From assembly GCA_965226495.1 (NCBI GenBank), contig OZ245365.1:5472001-5536000 (forward strand): a stretch of 64,000 bases of DNA. Direction: 5' to 3'. The notes under the pieces are model-generated. The model saw only the letters and a list, made by a program, of their open reading frames with translations, ran no database searches and had not been told where the DNA came from. Shown here piece after piece: positions 18,400 to 28,130 of this stretch (position 1 is the stretch's first letter; every line of letters starts with the position of its first letter). The DNA comes from Candidatus Marinacidobacterales bacterium (lineage in GTDB: Bacteria > Acidobacteriota > Vicinamibacteria > Marinacidobacterales > DATDRI01). The position numbers and the translations under genes are program-made.

Positions 18400-21300
18400 G
18401 TGCAGGAGGAGCGCCCGAAACCTCTGTCGCGATGGCGGCAGAAGTTGAAACAGATCAGGGTGAACATGGAGCAGGGAAAACAGAGGCATGCAAAACCGCT
18501 AACCGCGATGAAACGGCTCGCCGGTTGGTTAATCCTAAGCCCGAGCCGCTGGCTGGTACTGCTTTCTTTCCCGGCCGTACTGATCTTACTGGTCATGGTT
18601 CGAGCGGATCCTTTCCCTCCGTTCTGGGAGGGCGGCACCGGAACAGCGATTCACTATCAGCCGGTCGTTTGGCCCACGGACGACGGGGACGGAGAGCTCG
18701 ACAACGGGGACTGGACGCCGTACACCATGATCGGCGCCGACATCCAAGATCCTAAGGTTCAAGACCCTTCCAATGGGGGAACCTCGCCGCAAAACTACGT
18801 CAACATCAGCTCTGGTTGCACCGACCTGACACTACCCAGCACGTTCACCTATTTCGACGCGACGAGCCAAGTGCTCATGTTCCGCTGGCGTGTCGAGCAA
18901 ATCGCTCATACTTACGCCACCGGACCGAACGCCGGGACTGCTTCCGCGACCGATCCATGGAAGTCCGGGTTGTGGACCGTGCTCATCGACATCGACGGCG
19001 ATGGTTATCGAGAGTTTGCTATTCATCTCGACGGGTCGAGCGGCTCACCAGGCACCGACATCGATCGAATCGCCAGTATTTACAGCGACACCCCTAATCA
19101 ATCTATCGATTATGTCAACGACTCCAATATCTGCTTGCTCGAGCACAACCCAACCGCCTTCGTCGACGGTCCCACGCCGGACGGCAACACGAATCGTATT
19201 CTGAATTTTCAGAATAGTCTGACACCAACGGCATCATGGCCCAACGGCAACAGCGAGTCGGTCTGGGACTATGGAACGACTCGAGCGGTAGAGGTGGATC
19301 ACGGCACGTGTATCGAGTACTTCGTCGATTACCAGATTCCACTCGCCATGCTCAATGCGACGGCGTCGGCGTGTAACGGACCCCAGGTCACCGAAGACAC
19401 GCCGATAAGTCTCTTGTTCGCGACCGCGAACAGTCTCAACAACCCGTTGCAGAAAGACGTGGTCCTCTTTGGTGACTATATCGGCGACCCCGATGCTCCG
19501 GCCCCTTTCGGCGATCCGATAACACCCGGAGGGGGTCCTCTCCCACAGCCCGTCATCTCCGCGGTCACCGCTGCCAGCTGTGGACCGGCCACGCTTACCG
19601 CAACGGTGACCGACTCGACTCAGGTCAGCGGCGGTTCGGTCGTCGACTCAATCGCCACCGTCGACTTCTATTACTACGCAGACACCAACGCCAACGGTCA
19701 GCCGGACGACGGAAGTTCTTGGACCCCGGCCGCCGGCGCCACGAGCCCGTCATTGGGAACATGGACCGCCAGCTGGGACTCAACAAACTTGGCGCAGGGA
19801 CAGTATCTGATCGGCGTCCGGGCGGAGGATGATCAAGGCAACGTCACGTGGAGTCACCTGACGGCGGCGCAAGCGTCCCCTGATTTTGCCAACCCCACCC
19901 CCGACCCTGGCGTCGTTTTCGCGACGTTCGTCAACACCTGCGGCTCATCGCCCACCGCAAGCAAGGGCGCCAACGCCTCGGCGGTCACCGCCGGAGATCC
20001 GGTGCAGTTCACGATCACCGTGAACGCGAGCCTCGTATCCCCGCTATCGGTGAGCCAAATCGATGACGTGCTCCCGCCGGGATGGATATTCGTGAGCACA
20101 GACGGCGGCACGCTCACCCCGGCGACTTCATCACCAACTGCTGGCCAGACGGGCACCGTCTCCTGGACTTTCGCACCGGCGACCGTGATCGCAGCGGGCG
20201 GAAGCGGGACGATCGTCTTTACCGCCAGCGCTTCAACCGTCGTTGGCACTTACACCAACGTAGCCAACGCGACCACCGATCAAGGCACTGTCGAGACCAA
20301 CCCCGTCGAAGTGGCAGTGGGTGCCCCACAACTCACGATCGCGAAGAGCGCCGACGTCGCTTCCGCCGATCCCGGTGATCCGGTTACCTACACGATCACC
20401 TACTCCAACGATGCCTCGGTCACCGTGACCAATGCGGTCATCACCGATGCCCTACCGCTAGGCCTGACTTTCGTCTCGGCTGCCAACGGCGGAGTTCATG
20501 ATGGAGGGACGCCGGGGACGATTACCTGGAACATCGGTACCATCGCCGCCGGCGATGGTCCTTTTGCGGTGAGTTTCACCGCCACGGTGGACAATCCTTA
20601 TCCGGCTCTCGCCACGGTACCCTTGGTGAATACGGGAACCATCGACTCCGATCAGACGAGTCCCCTCAACGCGGATGCGTCGGTCTTCGTGAACGTCCCC
20701 CGACCCTCGCTCGCCATTCAAAAGGATGGCGACGTCACTCAGGTGCTGCCCGGAAATAACGTCGTCTACACCATCACTTACGTCAATACAGGTAACGCCG
20801 ACGCCACCAGTGTCGTCATCACAGACCCCGTACCCGCTGGCTTCACGTTCGTTTCGGCGACCGGCGGCGGTACTCACGATAGCGGAAGCCCGGGAATCGT
20901 CACCTGGAACGTGGGGACCGTTGCCGCCGGTGGCACGGGCTCGGTGATGCTGACGCTTCAAGCGACCGCCAGCGCCGCCAATCCGACTACGAATACGGCC
21001 ACCATCACCGGAACTGGAATCACTCCTGTTTTCGACGACTACGACGTGGGCATCACGCAGGGTGCTTGTGCCGTCCCCACGACCTACTACTTCAAGAACG
21101 CTACTGCCGACGTCGGATTCGCTGGGACTCGGAACATTGCGAATACGACGGCGCCCACAAGTGCGACTCCGACGGTCACCTCTACCGTCAGCGTCGGTCC
21201 GGCGAGCGCCGGTCGCACCGAGCTCCTTCGTTTCTATCAGGATCCCCCGCAGGGAAGCGCGTTCGATTTCTCGCAGGCGGTCACTGCAACCGTCTACGTG

Positions 21301-24300
21301 GACAAGAGCGGGTCACCACAGGCTATCTTCTGGTTGACCCTGTTCGATTATGATCCGGTCACCGGTACCGAAACCCAGCTCGCCACCGCCAGCACGAGTG
21401 TCCAAGGCAACAAAACGAACGAGCCGGCTGCGTTCAATCTCGGCACCCCTACCCTCACGGTTCCAGAGACCCATCGCTTGCTCTGGGTCGTCGAGGGCAC
21501 CAATGGCCACGGGGGTCAAACCAACGACGTGGCCGTCCGCTACGACGGCACGGGAAGCCCGAGCGCCTCCGACATCTGCACCAGCCCGATCACCCTAACG
21601 CTGGACAAGCAAGTCGATGTGCTCTCGGCTGGGCCCGGCGACACGCTCGTCTACACGCTCAAGTACGCCAACACCGGCCAGGGCAGTGTGACCAATGCGG
21701 TGCTGACCGATACGTTACCCGTCGGCGTTTCCTTCGACTCCGCGTTACCCGTCGCGGCGAATTGCACCGAGTCCCTCGGCGTTGTCACATGTAATTTGGG
21801 CACCGTGGCAGGAGGGACTTCAGGAACGGTGACGATCACCGTCACCGTCAGTCAGCCTCTGGCGGCAGGCATCTTCTCACTCCAGAACGATGCCACCCTC
21901 GACAGCCTCGAGACCGAACCGGTGAACGATTCGGCGACGACGACCATCGTCCGCCCGGTGCTCGGTATCACCAAGTCGGCCGACGACACGCTGCTCATTC
22001 AAGGGGACACCGTTACCTACACGCTGGAGATCACCAATAGCGGGAGTGCTAGCGCTGCGAGCGTATTGGTGAGCGACTCGCTCCCCGTCGATACGTACTT
22101 CTCGTACGTCGGGTCCAGTTGTTCCGTCGACATCTCCCTGGCACCTTCCACGTCGTCGACCACTTGCGGCGAAGCCGCCGGGGTAGTGACGGCCACCGCG
22201 GACGTTCTCGCCGTCGGCGAGACCCTCCGCATCGCCTTTCAAATGACTGTGGGTGCGGGACCGGCACCGGCGGGACTAACCGTAAAGGACAACTTCGCGA
22301 GCGCATCCGACGACAACTCCCCGAGCGTGAGCAGCAATACGGTGACAGTCACCATCAGCACCAATCCCAACTTGCAACTCGCTAAATCGTCGAACCCGGC
22401 GGCGGGTCCGCTGGATCCAGGAGATCCCGTCACCTACACGCTAGTCTTGGGTAACACCGGCTCGACCGCAGCCGATGATGTCTTGGTCGTCGACCCGATC
22501 CCGGCCAACACCAGCTACGTTCTCGGAAGCCTGATCTTTCAAGCCGTAACCCAGACGGATCCGGATGACGTCGATACCGGGCATTTCGACGCGGTGGGGA
22601 ATCGGGCCGTCTTCGATATCGGCTCCTTGGCTGCCGGCGCGTCCCGCACCATGAGCTTCCAGGTCACTGTCGATTCTCCACTACCAAACGGAACAACGCC
22701 CGTTGACAACACGGCGACAGCTACGGCTAGCAACACCGCAACCAAGCAAGCGAGCGCCAACCTCACTGCGAGCGCCGCGCCCAATCTCACTCTTACCAAG
22801 ACGGCACCGGCCACACTCGCCTTCCCGCTCACCATGCTGTCGGCGACCGTGACTGCGTCCGTAACCATCAACGTAGACGATGCCGACTTGATAGGCGTCA
22901 ACGACTACGTGTCCGTCAATGGCACGGGGGCGCGCGTTACCGCCAAGACCGGCAACACTCTGACCTTGGACACCGCGGTTACCGGCAGTGCCGGCGACAA
23001 CGTGAACCCGGTTATCGCGTTCGTGCTGCGTTACGAGAACACTGGAAACGCAAACGCCACCAACGTGTCGGTCACCGATTCACTTCCAACAAATACGGTT
23101 TTCGTCGCGGCGGACAGCGGTGGCACTCACGACGCGGGCTCACCGGGGACGGTCTCTTGGAGCCTGGGAACCGTACCGGCCGGCGGAGCCGGTAGTCTCA
23201 AGTTCTGGGCGCGACCCACCGTCGCCGGAACCTACAACAACAACGGGACCATCGATAGCGACGAAACGTCGCCCACCAACTCCAACACCACGGTGACGAC
23301 CATCGGTGCGCTGCAACCCACCAAGGTAACCAGCACGCCTAGCGTCACCAACCCAGGAGCACAGGCGACCTACACGATCTCCGTCTTCAACGGGACTGGC
23401 TCGCTCGCCACCGCCATCAACATCACCGACGAGATGGAAAAAGGCTTCAGCTTCGCAAGCAACGTCGGCTTCAATATCACCGGCGGAACGGGAGGCTCGC
23501 GGACCAGCACCACCGACCCCACGTCTGGAGACAATCCGGCGACCTGGTGCTGTTGGGATCTATCGGCCGGGGCCACGCTCGACATCCAGTATCTGGCTAA
23601 CCTATCGGACGAGGTCGGCGACGGGACTTACCAGAACAACGTGACCGTGGACTCGCAAAGCTCCAGCCACCTCCTATTCGATTTTCTGGCCACGACCCAG
23701 GAAGACGTGACCGTGAACTGGATCGGGCCGAACCATGTCGTGCTTTCCTGGATAGAGGCCTTCTACGAACAGGGCTTGGTCGTGGTGCAATGGCAAACCG
23801 ACGCCGAGGTGCGCACTTCCGGCTTTTACCTTAAGCGTTACCGACCCGAGACCGATAGGTACGAGGCGGTGCATGAAGATATGCTGCCGAGCGTCGTCGG
23901 ATCCCCTCAGGGCGGCACCTACCGGGTCGTCGATGAGGACGCGCCGCTTGGCGGTCCTCTCTCTTATGTCCTTCTGGAAATCGAGAACAACGGCAAGGAA
24001 AGAAGCTACGGACCGTTTAGCCTCGAAGTGCGCGACCAACCGTCGCTGCACGTATCCACGGCGGGGGGAACAACGAGGCCGGGCTTCCATCGAACGCCCC
24101 GTTCCCGCAGCCCGCGGAATGGACTCAACCGCTCTACCGCGGCTCTCGAAAGCCGCCGTGTCGCAAGGCGAGGAGGAAGCCGCGGCCTGAAGATAGCCGT
24201 CGATGAGTCGGGTCTCTACCGGGTAGAAGTCGCCGAGATCACCGAAGCACTCGGCCTGAAACTGGGCAGGGCGGCGCGGCTTCTACGCAAACATCGGCTG

Positions 24301-26253
24301 CGGCTCTCGGTAGACGGCGCGCGGATTCCATACTTGATTGAGGGCAGAGGCAATACCTCGGCTCTTCTATTCTACGGTGAGGGCTTCGACAGCGTCTATG
24401 CGTCGCACCGCACGTACCGCCTCAGCACCGGCCGCAGCAAGCGCATAGCGTCGGTTTCCGGCTACCCCGACGGGGTGGCGTTCGATCGGCAAACCTTCCG
24501 GGATACGGTTCGCTTCGAGGAGGATCATGTCCCCTTGGTGCTCGGGGAAGTGGACGGGGATTCGGACTTCTGGTTCTGGGACTACGTTATCGCGGGCGAC
24601 ACGCCGAAGATCTTTCCGATCGACGTGCGAGGAGTTGCACCCACCACAACCGAAGCCATCCTTCGTGTTTTCCTGCGTGGTGCCGTTGACACTGGGGCCG
24701 GCGTCCACCAGGTTCGCGTTCTCTTCAACGGCGAGCTCGTAGGACACGCTCTCCTCGAAGGCTTCGACGGCGGCGCGTTCTCTTTCGCCATACCAGCTTT
24801 TCTGCTTCGCGAAGGAGCGAATACCGTCGAGCTCGAAGGCGTGCCCCAACCGGATGTGCCGTACAGTATTGTGTATTGCGACAGTCTCTCGCTCGTGTAT
24901 GAGCGGACGTACCAGGCCCATAACGCCGCTTTGTTAGCGCGTAGCGAGGACAAGGAAGTCCTGAGCATCGGTGGATTCCCGGAACCGGACGTTCGAGTCC
25001 TCGATATCACCGACCCCCTGTTTCCACGAGAGGTTCGAGGAGTCGTGACAGAAGTGGCCCCGCTTGACGGTTATCGGGTGAGGTTTGCGTCAGTGCAGGA
25101 TGCCAAGTACCTGGCGGTCAGTGCGTCCGGTGTTCGGAAACCGGCCTCTCTACGCTGGGACTATCCGTCCCGCCTGCGAAATCGAAAGAACTCCGCCGAT
25201 TACCTGATCATAACCAGCGCCGAGCTCGCGCCTACCGCGAAGCGACTCGCCGCGCACCGCGCGGGGCAGGGACACCGCACCATGACTATCGATCTAGACG
25301 ACATCATGGATGAGTTCAATGCGGGCAACTTCGACCCTCGCGCAATCCGCTCTTTTCTCGCTCACGCTTACGCGCGCTGGCGAAAACCACCGCGCTATGT
25401 CGCGCTGGTCGGCGAAGGCACTTATGACTACAAGGACATCCGAGGGTTCGGTAACAACCATGTGCCTCCACTCATGGTTGGCGGCAGCTGGGGCCTCTAT
25501 GGCGCCGATAATCGGTTGGCCGATCTGGTCGGTGACGACGGCGTCCCCGAGATCGCCATCGGGCGGATCCCGGTGGAAAACGCCGAGCAATTGGAAGCCT
25601 ATATCGATAAGCTCATCGCCTACGAACAAAATGACGACGAGACATGGACGCGGCAAGTCTTGTTGGCCGCCGACAATCCGGACGACACCGGCGATTACCC
25701 AGCCGACAGCGAGGACTATGCAGCGTTGCTCCCCGAAGAGCTGGTGGCAAATCGGGTCTATCTTGGGCAGCTCACCGCCGAGGAGGGCTTCGAGCTGCTC
25801 ATCGCCAACTTGAACGAGGGCGTCTCCTTGATGACCTATCTGGGTCATGCCGGAATCACCCAGCTCTCCAATGAAGCACTCCTTCGCAGTGCCGACGTTC
25901 CCAACCTCACGAACGGGGACCGGCTGCCAGTGATCGCCGTGATGGGCTGCCACCTGGGCAATTTCTGGTTGCCTGGTTATTCTTCACTTGCAGAAGACCT
26001 CGTGCTCCATCCCGACGGTGGCGCGGCAGGGGTTTGGTCACCTGCCGGGCTCTCCTACAATCCTCAACGGCGGATTCTGGGAGAAGCCTATCTCCGGGCG
26101 GTCTATGAAGAAGGAATCGTGATTCTAGGCGATGCGGTCCTGCGCGCCTTGGCCGTTGCCGCGACACAACACGCCAGCGGACGGCGGGAGGTCCTGGAGA
26201 CGCAGGTTCTCTTGGGCGATCCGGCGCTAAGGCTGAAGAGCGACCACCGATGA
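18400..26253 (+). CDS. giant exported protein: about 8 DUF11-type repeats and a C-terminal C25 (gingipain/PorU-like) cysteine peptidase domain (start may be 18466 or 18508)
   Basis: Signal peptide; repeats of type L.I.K.......PGD.VTYTI.Y.N.G...AT.V.ITD.LP.G..FVSA; C25 features ADYLIIT, YVALVGEG, IAIGRIPV, YLGHAG (His), MGCHLG (Cys) and LLGDPAL. Confidence 0.88.
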   Translation: MQEERPKPLSRWRQKLKQIRVNMEQGKQRHAKPLTAMKRLAGWLILSPSRWLVLLSFPAVLILLVMVRADPFPPFWEGGTGTAIHYQPVVWPTDDGDGELDNGDWTPYTMIGADIQDPKVQDPSNGGTSPQNYVNISSGCTDLTLPSTFTYFDATSQVLMFRWRVEQIAHTYATGPNAGTASATDPWKSGLWTVLIDIDGDGYREFAIHLDGSSGSPGTDIDRIASIYSDTPNQSIDYVNDSNICLLEHNPTAFVDGPTPDGNTNRILNFQNSLTPTASWPNGNSESVWDYGTTRAVEVDHGTCIEYFVDYQIPLAMLNATASACNGPQVTEDTPISLLFATANSLNNPLQKDVVLFGDYIGDPDAPAPFGDPITPGGGPLPQPVISAVTAASCGPATLTATVTDSTQVSGGSVVDSIATVDFYYYADTNANGQPDDGSSWTPAAGATSPSLGTWTASWDSTNLAQGQYLIGVRAEDDQGNVTWSHLTAAQASPDFANPTPDPGVVFATFVNTCGSSPTASKGANASAVTAGDPVQFTITVNASLVSPLSVSQIDDVLPPGWIFVSTDGGTLTPATSSPTAGQTGTVSWTFAPATVIAAGGSGTIVFTASASTVVGTYTNVANATTDQGTVETNPVEVAVGAPQLTIAKSADVASADPGDPVTYTITYSNDASVTVTNAVITDALPLGLTFVSAANGGVHDGGTPGTITWNIGTIAAGDGPFAVSFTATVDNPYPALATVPLVNTGTIDSDQTSPLNADASVFVNVPRPSLAIQKDGDVTQVLPGNNVVYTITYVNTGNADATSVVITDPVPAGFTFVSATGGGTHDSGSPGIVTWNVGTVAAGGTGSVMLTLQATASAANPTTNTATITGTGITPVFDDYDVGITQGACAVPTTYYFKNATADVGFAGTRNIANTTAPTSATPTVTSTVSVGPASAGRTELLRFYQDPPQGSAFDFSQAVTATVYVDKSGSPQAIFWLTLFDYDPVTGTETQLATASTSVQGNKTNEPAAFNLGTPTLTVPETHRLLWVVEGTNGHGGQTNDVAVRYDGTGSPSASDICTSPITLTLDKQVDVLSAGPGDTLVYTLKYANTGQGSVTNAVLTDTLPVGVSFDSALPVAANCTESLGVVTCNLGTVAGGTSGTVTITVTVSQPLAAGIFSLQNDATLDSLETEPVNDSATTTIVRPVLGITKSADDTLLIQGDTVTYTLEITNSGSASAASVLVSDSLPVDTYFSYVGSSCSVDISLAPSTSSTTCGEAAGVVTATADVLAVGETLRIAFQMTVGAGPAPAGLTVKDNFASASDDNSPSVSSNTVTVTISTNPNLQLAKSSNPAAGPLDPGDPVTYTLVLGNTGSTAADDVLVVDPIPANTSYVLGSLIFQAVTQTDPDDVDTGHFDAVGNRAVFDIGSLAAGASRTMSFQVTVDSPLPNGTTPVDNTATATASNTATKQASANLTASAAPNLTLTKTAPATLAFPLTMLSATVTASVTINVDDADLIGVNDYVSVNGTGARVTAKTGNTLTLDTAVTGSAGDNVNPVIAFVLRYENTGNANATNVSVTDSLPTNTVFVAADSGGTHDAGSPGTVSWSLGTVPAGGAGSLKFWARPTVAGTYNNNGTIDSDETSPTNSNTTVTTIGALQPTKVTSTPSVTNPGAQATYTISVFNGTGSLATAINITDEMEKGFSFASNVGFNITGGTGGSRTSTTDPTSGDNPATWCCWDLSAGATLDIQYLANLSDEVGDGTYQNNVTVDSQSSSHLLFDFLATTQEDVTVNWIGPNHVVLSWIEAFYEQGLVVVQWQTDAEVRTSGFYLKRYRPETDRYEAVHEDMLPSVVGSPQGGTYRVVDEDAPLGGPLSYVLLEIENNGKERSYGPFSLEVRDQPSLHVSTAGGTTRPGFHRTPRSRSPRNGLNRSTAALESRRVARRGGSRGLKIAVDESGLYRVEVAEITEALGLKLGRAARLLRKHRLRLSVDGARIPYLIEGRGNTSALLFYGEGFDSVYASHRTYRLSTGRSKRIASVSGYPDGVAFDRQTFRDTVRFEEDHVPLVLGEVDGDSDFWFWDYVIAGDTPKIFPIDVRGVAPTTTEAILRVFLRGAVDTGAGVHQVRVLFNGELVGHALLEGFDGGAFSFAIPAFLLREGANTVELEGVPQPDVPYSIVYCDSLSLVYERTYQAHNAALLARSEDKEVLSIGGFPEPDVRVLDITDPLFPREVRGVVTEVAPLDGYRVRFASVQDAKYLAVSASGVRKPASLRWDYPSRLRNRKNSADYLIITSAELAPTAKRLAAHRAGQGHRTMTIDLDDIMDEFNAGNFDPRAIRSFLAHAYARWRKPPRYVALVGEGTYDYKDIRGFGNNHVPPLMVGGSWGLYGADNRLADLVGDDGVPEIAIGRIPVENAEQLEAYIDKLIAYEQNDDETWTRQVLLAADNPDDTGDYPADSEDYAALLPEELVANRVYLGQLTAEEGFELLIANLNEGVSLMTYLGHAGITQLSNEALLRSADVPNLTNGDRLPVIAVMGCHLGNFWLPGYSSLAEDLVLHPDGGAAGVWSPAGLSYNPQRRILGEAYLRAVYEEGIVILGDAVLRALAVAATQHASGRREVLETQVLLGDPALRLKSDHR

Positions 26254-26314
26254 CGGAAAGTTCTATAATGACTCTTTCCAACAAACTACTCTTAGCAGCG
26301 GGAGAGCAAATGGA

Positions 26315-26494
26315 ATGACGAAACCGGACAAGCCTTCCGAACCTCAACCAGAAGAACATTCCGGCGAGCAGCAAAACAAGAAGAAGCCGTACGAGAAACC
26401 ACGGGTGACTTTTCGGGAACCCCTCGAGGGTGTGGCCTCCATTTGTAATCCTCCCGGCAAAGGCGCCCCACCTTGCGAGTTCGCTTCCTCCTAG
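26315..26494 (+). CDS. putative RiPP precursor peptide, 59 aa
   Basis: Manual translation MTKPDKPSEPQPEEHSGEQQNKKKPYEKPRVTFREPLEGVASICNPPGKGAPPCEFASS*; GGAGAG RBS 8 nt upstream; YxxP leader motif; directly upstream of peptidase, kinase, PqqD and rSAM genes. Confidence 0.85.
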   Translation: MTKPDKPSEPQPEEHSGEQQNKKKPYEKPRVTFREPLEGVASICNPPGKGAPPCEFASS

Positions 26495-26502
26495 GCGAGG
26501 CC

Positions 26503-26913
26503 ATGAGAGAGGAGATCCTATCCGCCCTTCGGGACTTGGGGAACGAGCAGCGACTGCGCATCCGAGTTCGCGGCTTCTCGATGGCTCCCGATCTTCCGGA
26601 CGGTGCGACCGTCGAAGTGTCCCCCCGAAGAATCTACCTTCCCGGCGACGTGATCGCTTTCCTCGGGCAAAAGGGAGAGCTTCGAGTCCATCGCGTGCTC
26701 GGCTATCGGTGGAGACGCTTGGTGACCAAGGGGGATTACACGAGCTGGATCGATCCCCCAGTGACGCACGATCAAGTGCTCGGCCTGGTGCGAGCTGGCG
26801 ACTGCGCACGCTCTATCTACGAGGTTCCTATCAGCCACCGTTTCCGAGGCGTCGGCTTCTTGTTCCGAAAGCTCGTCACATGGTGCCGCGCTCCATGGGC
26901 GAGAACATCATGA
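26503..26913 (+). CDS. S24/S26 family (signal peptidase I-like) peptidase
   Basis: VRGFSMAP (Ser), PGDVIAF, VHRV (His) and VTKGD....D; no obvious TM anchor. Confidence 0.85.
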   Translation: MREEILSALRDLGNEQRLRIRVRGFSMAPDLPDGATVEVSPRRIYLPGDVIAFLGQKGELRVHRVLGYRWRRLVTKGDYTSWIDPPVTHDQVLGLVRAGDCARSIYEVPISHRFRGVGFLFRKLVTWCRAPWARTS

Positions 26914-27851
26914 GCTTCGGCGACCACTTCTTGAGCTGCCCCGATCTGTTCCCCGCCCGTCTCGCCGGTGAACCTTGGGGGAAGCGGACGGTGGCGATCG
27001 ACTTCTTGGGAGAGCGATACCGGGTCACCGGGCTCAACCAAGAACAAGCCGACGCAGTTCATGCTCACTTCGGTCCCTACTGTGTGCCCGGCGATTCCAC
27101 AGCTTCACCCGTGGTAGAGATTCGGATTTATCGTGCGGACCAAGAAGACTTCAGAAGCTTCGATCTCCGTGGCTGGGACTACACGCTAGACATGGACTAC
27201 CGGGTTGACTCCGTCCGAGTGGCCGGACTCGATTTCATGGGACTTCTCGAGTGCCGCCATGATCTCGCCGGGGCTATTTGGACGTCGGCTCGAGATGCGG
27301 GCGGCTTCTGCGGGGTGTTCGAGAACTTCCTCCGCGTAACTGCTCAATACCATTTGACCCAGTCCGGCGGTGTCTTGCTACACAGTGCCGCCCTTGTCAT
27401 AGAAGACACTGCCTATCTCTTCCCCGGTCGCTCCGGGGCTGGGAAGTCGACGCTTTGCCATCTGGCGAAGATGCAAGGATGGCGGATCTTGAGCGACGAG
27501 CTCAACGCCGTCTCGATACAAGAGGGTCGCGCAAACGTTCGGCAAGTGCCGTTCGCCGGCGACTTCGGGCAAACGAGTTGCTCGAGCAAGTCGTTTCCTC
27601 TAGCCGCCATCTTCAGGCTGTGCCAGGCGGAGGACGACACCATCCAGTCGATTTCGCCATCGCAATCGCTCGGCTCGATGTTGTCTTGCGCGCCCTTCGT
27701 GAATCTCGACCCTCACCGATGTGAAACAGCCACAACCGTGTTGGAGGAGATCGCCTCGAACCACCCCGGCTTCATACTGAATTTCTCCCTTGGGGGAAAC
27801 TTGAAAACACTCGAGAGGTTCTGCTCTCGCTCGGAGGTACCGACACTATGA
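26910..27851 (+). CDS. HPr kinase-like P-loop protein
   Basis: LLHSAALV, FPGRSGAGKSTL and LSDE motifs; ATGA overlaps on both sides. Confidence 0.8.
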   Translation: MSFGDHFLSCPDLFPARLAGEPWGKRTVAIDFLGERYRVTGLNQEQADAVHAHFGPYCVPGDSTASPVVEIRIYRADQEDFRSFDLRGWDYTLDMDYRVDSVRVAGLDFMGLLECRHDLAGAIWTSARDAGGFCGVFENFLRVTAQYHLTQSGGVLLHSAALVIEDTAYLFPGRSGAGKSTLCHLAKMQGWRILSDELNAVSIQEGRANVRQVPFAGDFGQTSCSSKSFPLAAIFRLCQAEDDTIQSISPSQSLGSMLSCAPFVNLDPHRCETATTVLEEIASNHPGFILNFSLGGNLKTLERFCSRSEVPTL

Positions 27852-28129
27852 GCCACGCCTTGCGCAAGGACGTCCGCTACCGGCTCCTCCTCAACGAAGC
27901 TGTTGTCATTCGACAAGATGCGGCCGAAGTTCTCGGATTGAACCTTGTCGGAGCCCGAGTCCTCGAGCTGATTGACCAGGGGCATGGCCAGAACGTGATC
28001 TTGACGTCACTCGCGGAGGAGTTCGATGTCGCTCCGCGCGAGCTCGAAGCGGATGTGAGCGCTTTCCTGCGAGAGCTCGTGGAACTCGATGTTATCGAGA
28101 GTGTTCAGACCGCGACCGGATCCAACTGA
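27848..28129 (+). CDS. PqqD family protein (RiPP recognition element)
   Basis: 93 aa; EAVVI...EVLGLNLVGARVLELID......L.EEFDV....LEADVSAFLRELVELDVI. Confidence 0.9.
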   Translation: MSHALRKDVRYRLLLNEAVVIRQDAAEVLGLNLVGARVLELIDQGHGQNVILTSLAEEFDVAPRELEADVSAFLRELVELDVIESVQTATGSN

Positions 28130-28130
28130 T

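Noticed and set aside
26430-26909. N-terminal 160 aa of the 473-aa ORF
   Set aside because: Overlaps the precursor and the S26 peptidase in other frames; the kinase most likely starts at the ATGA overlap at 26910.
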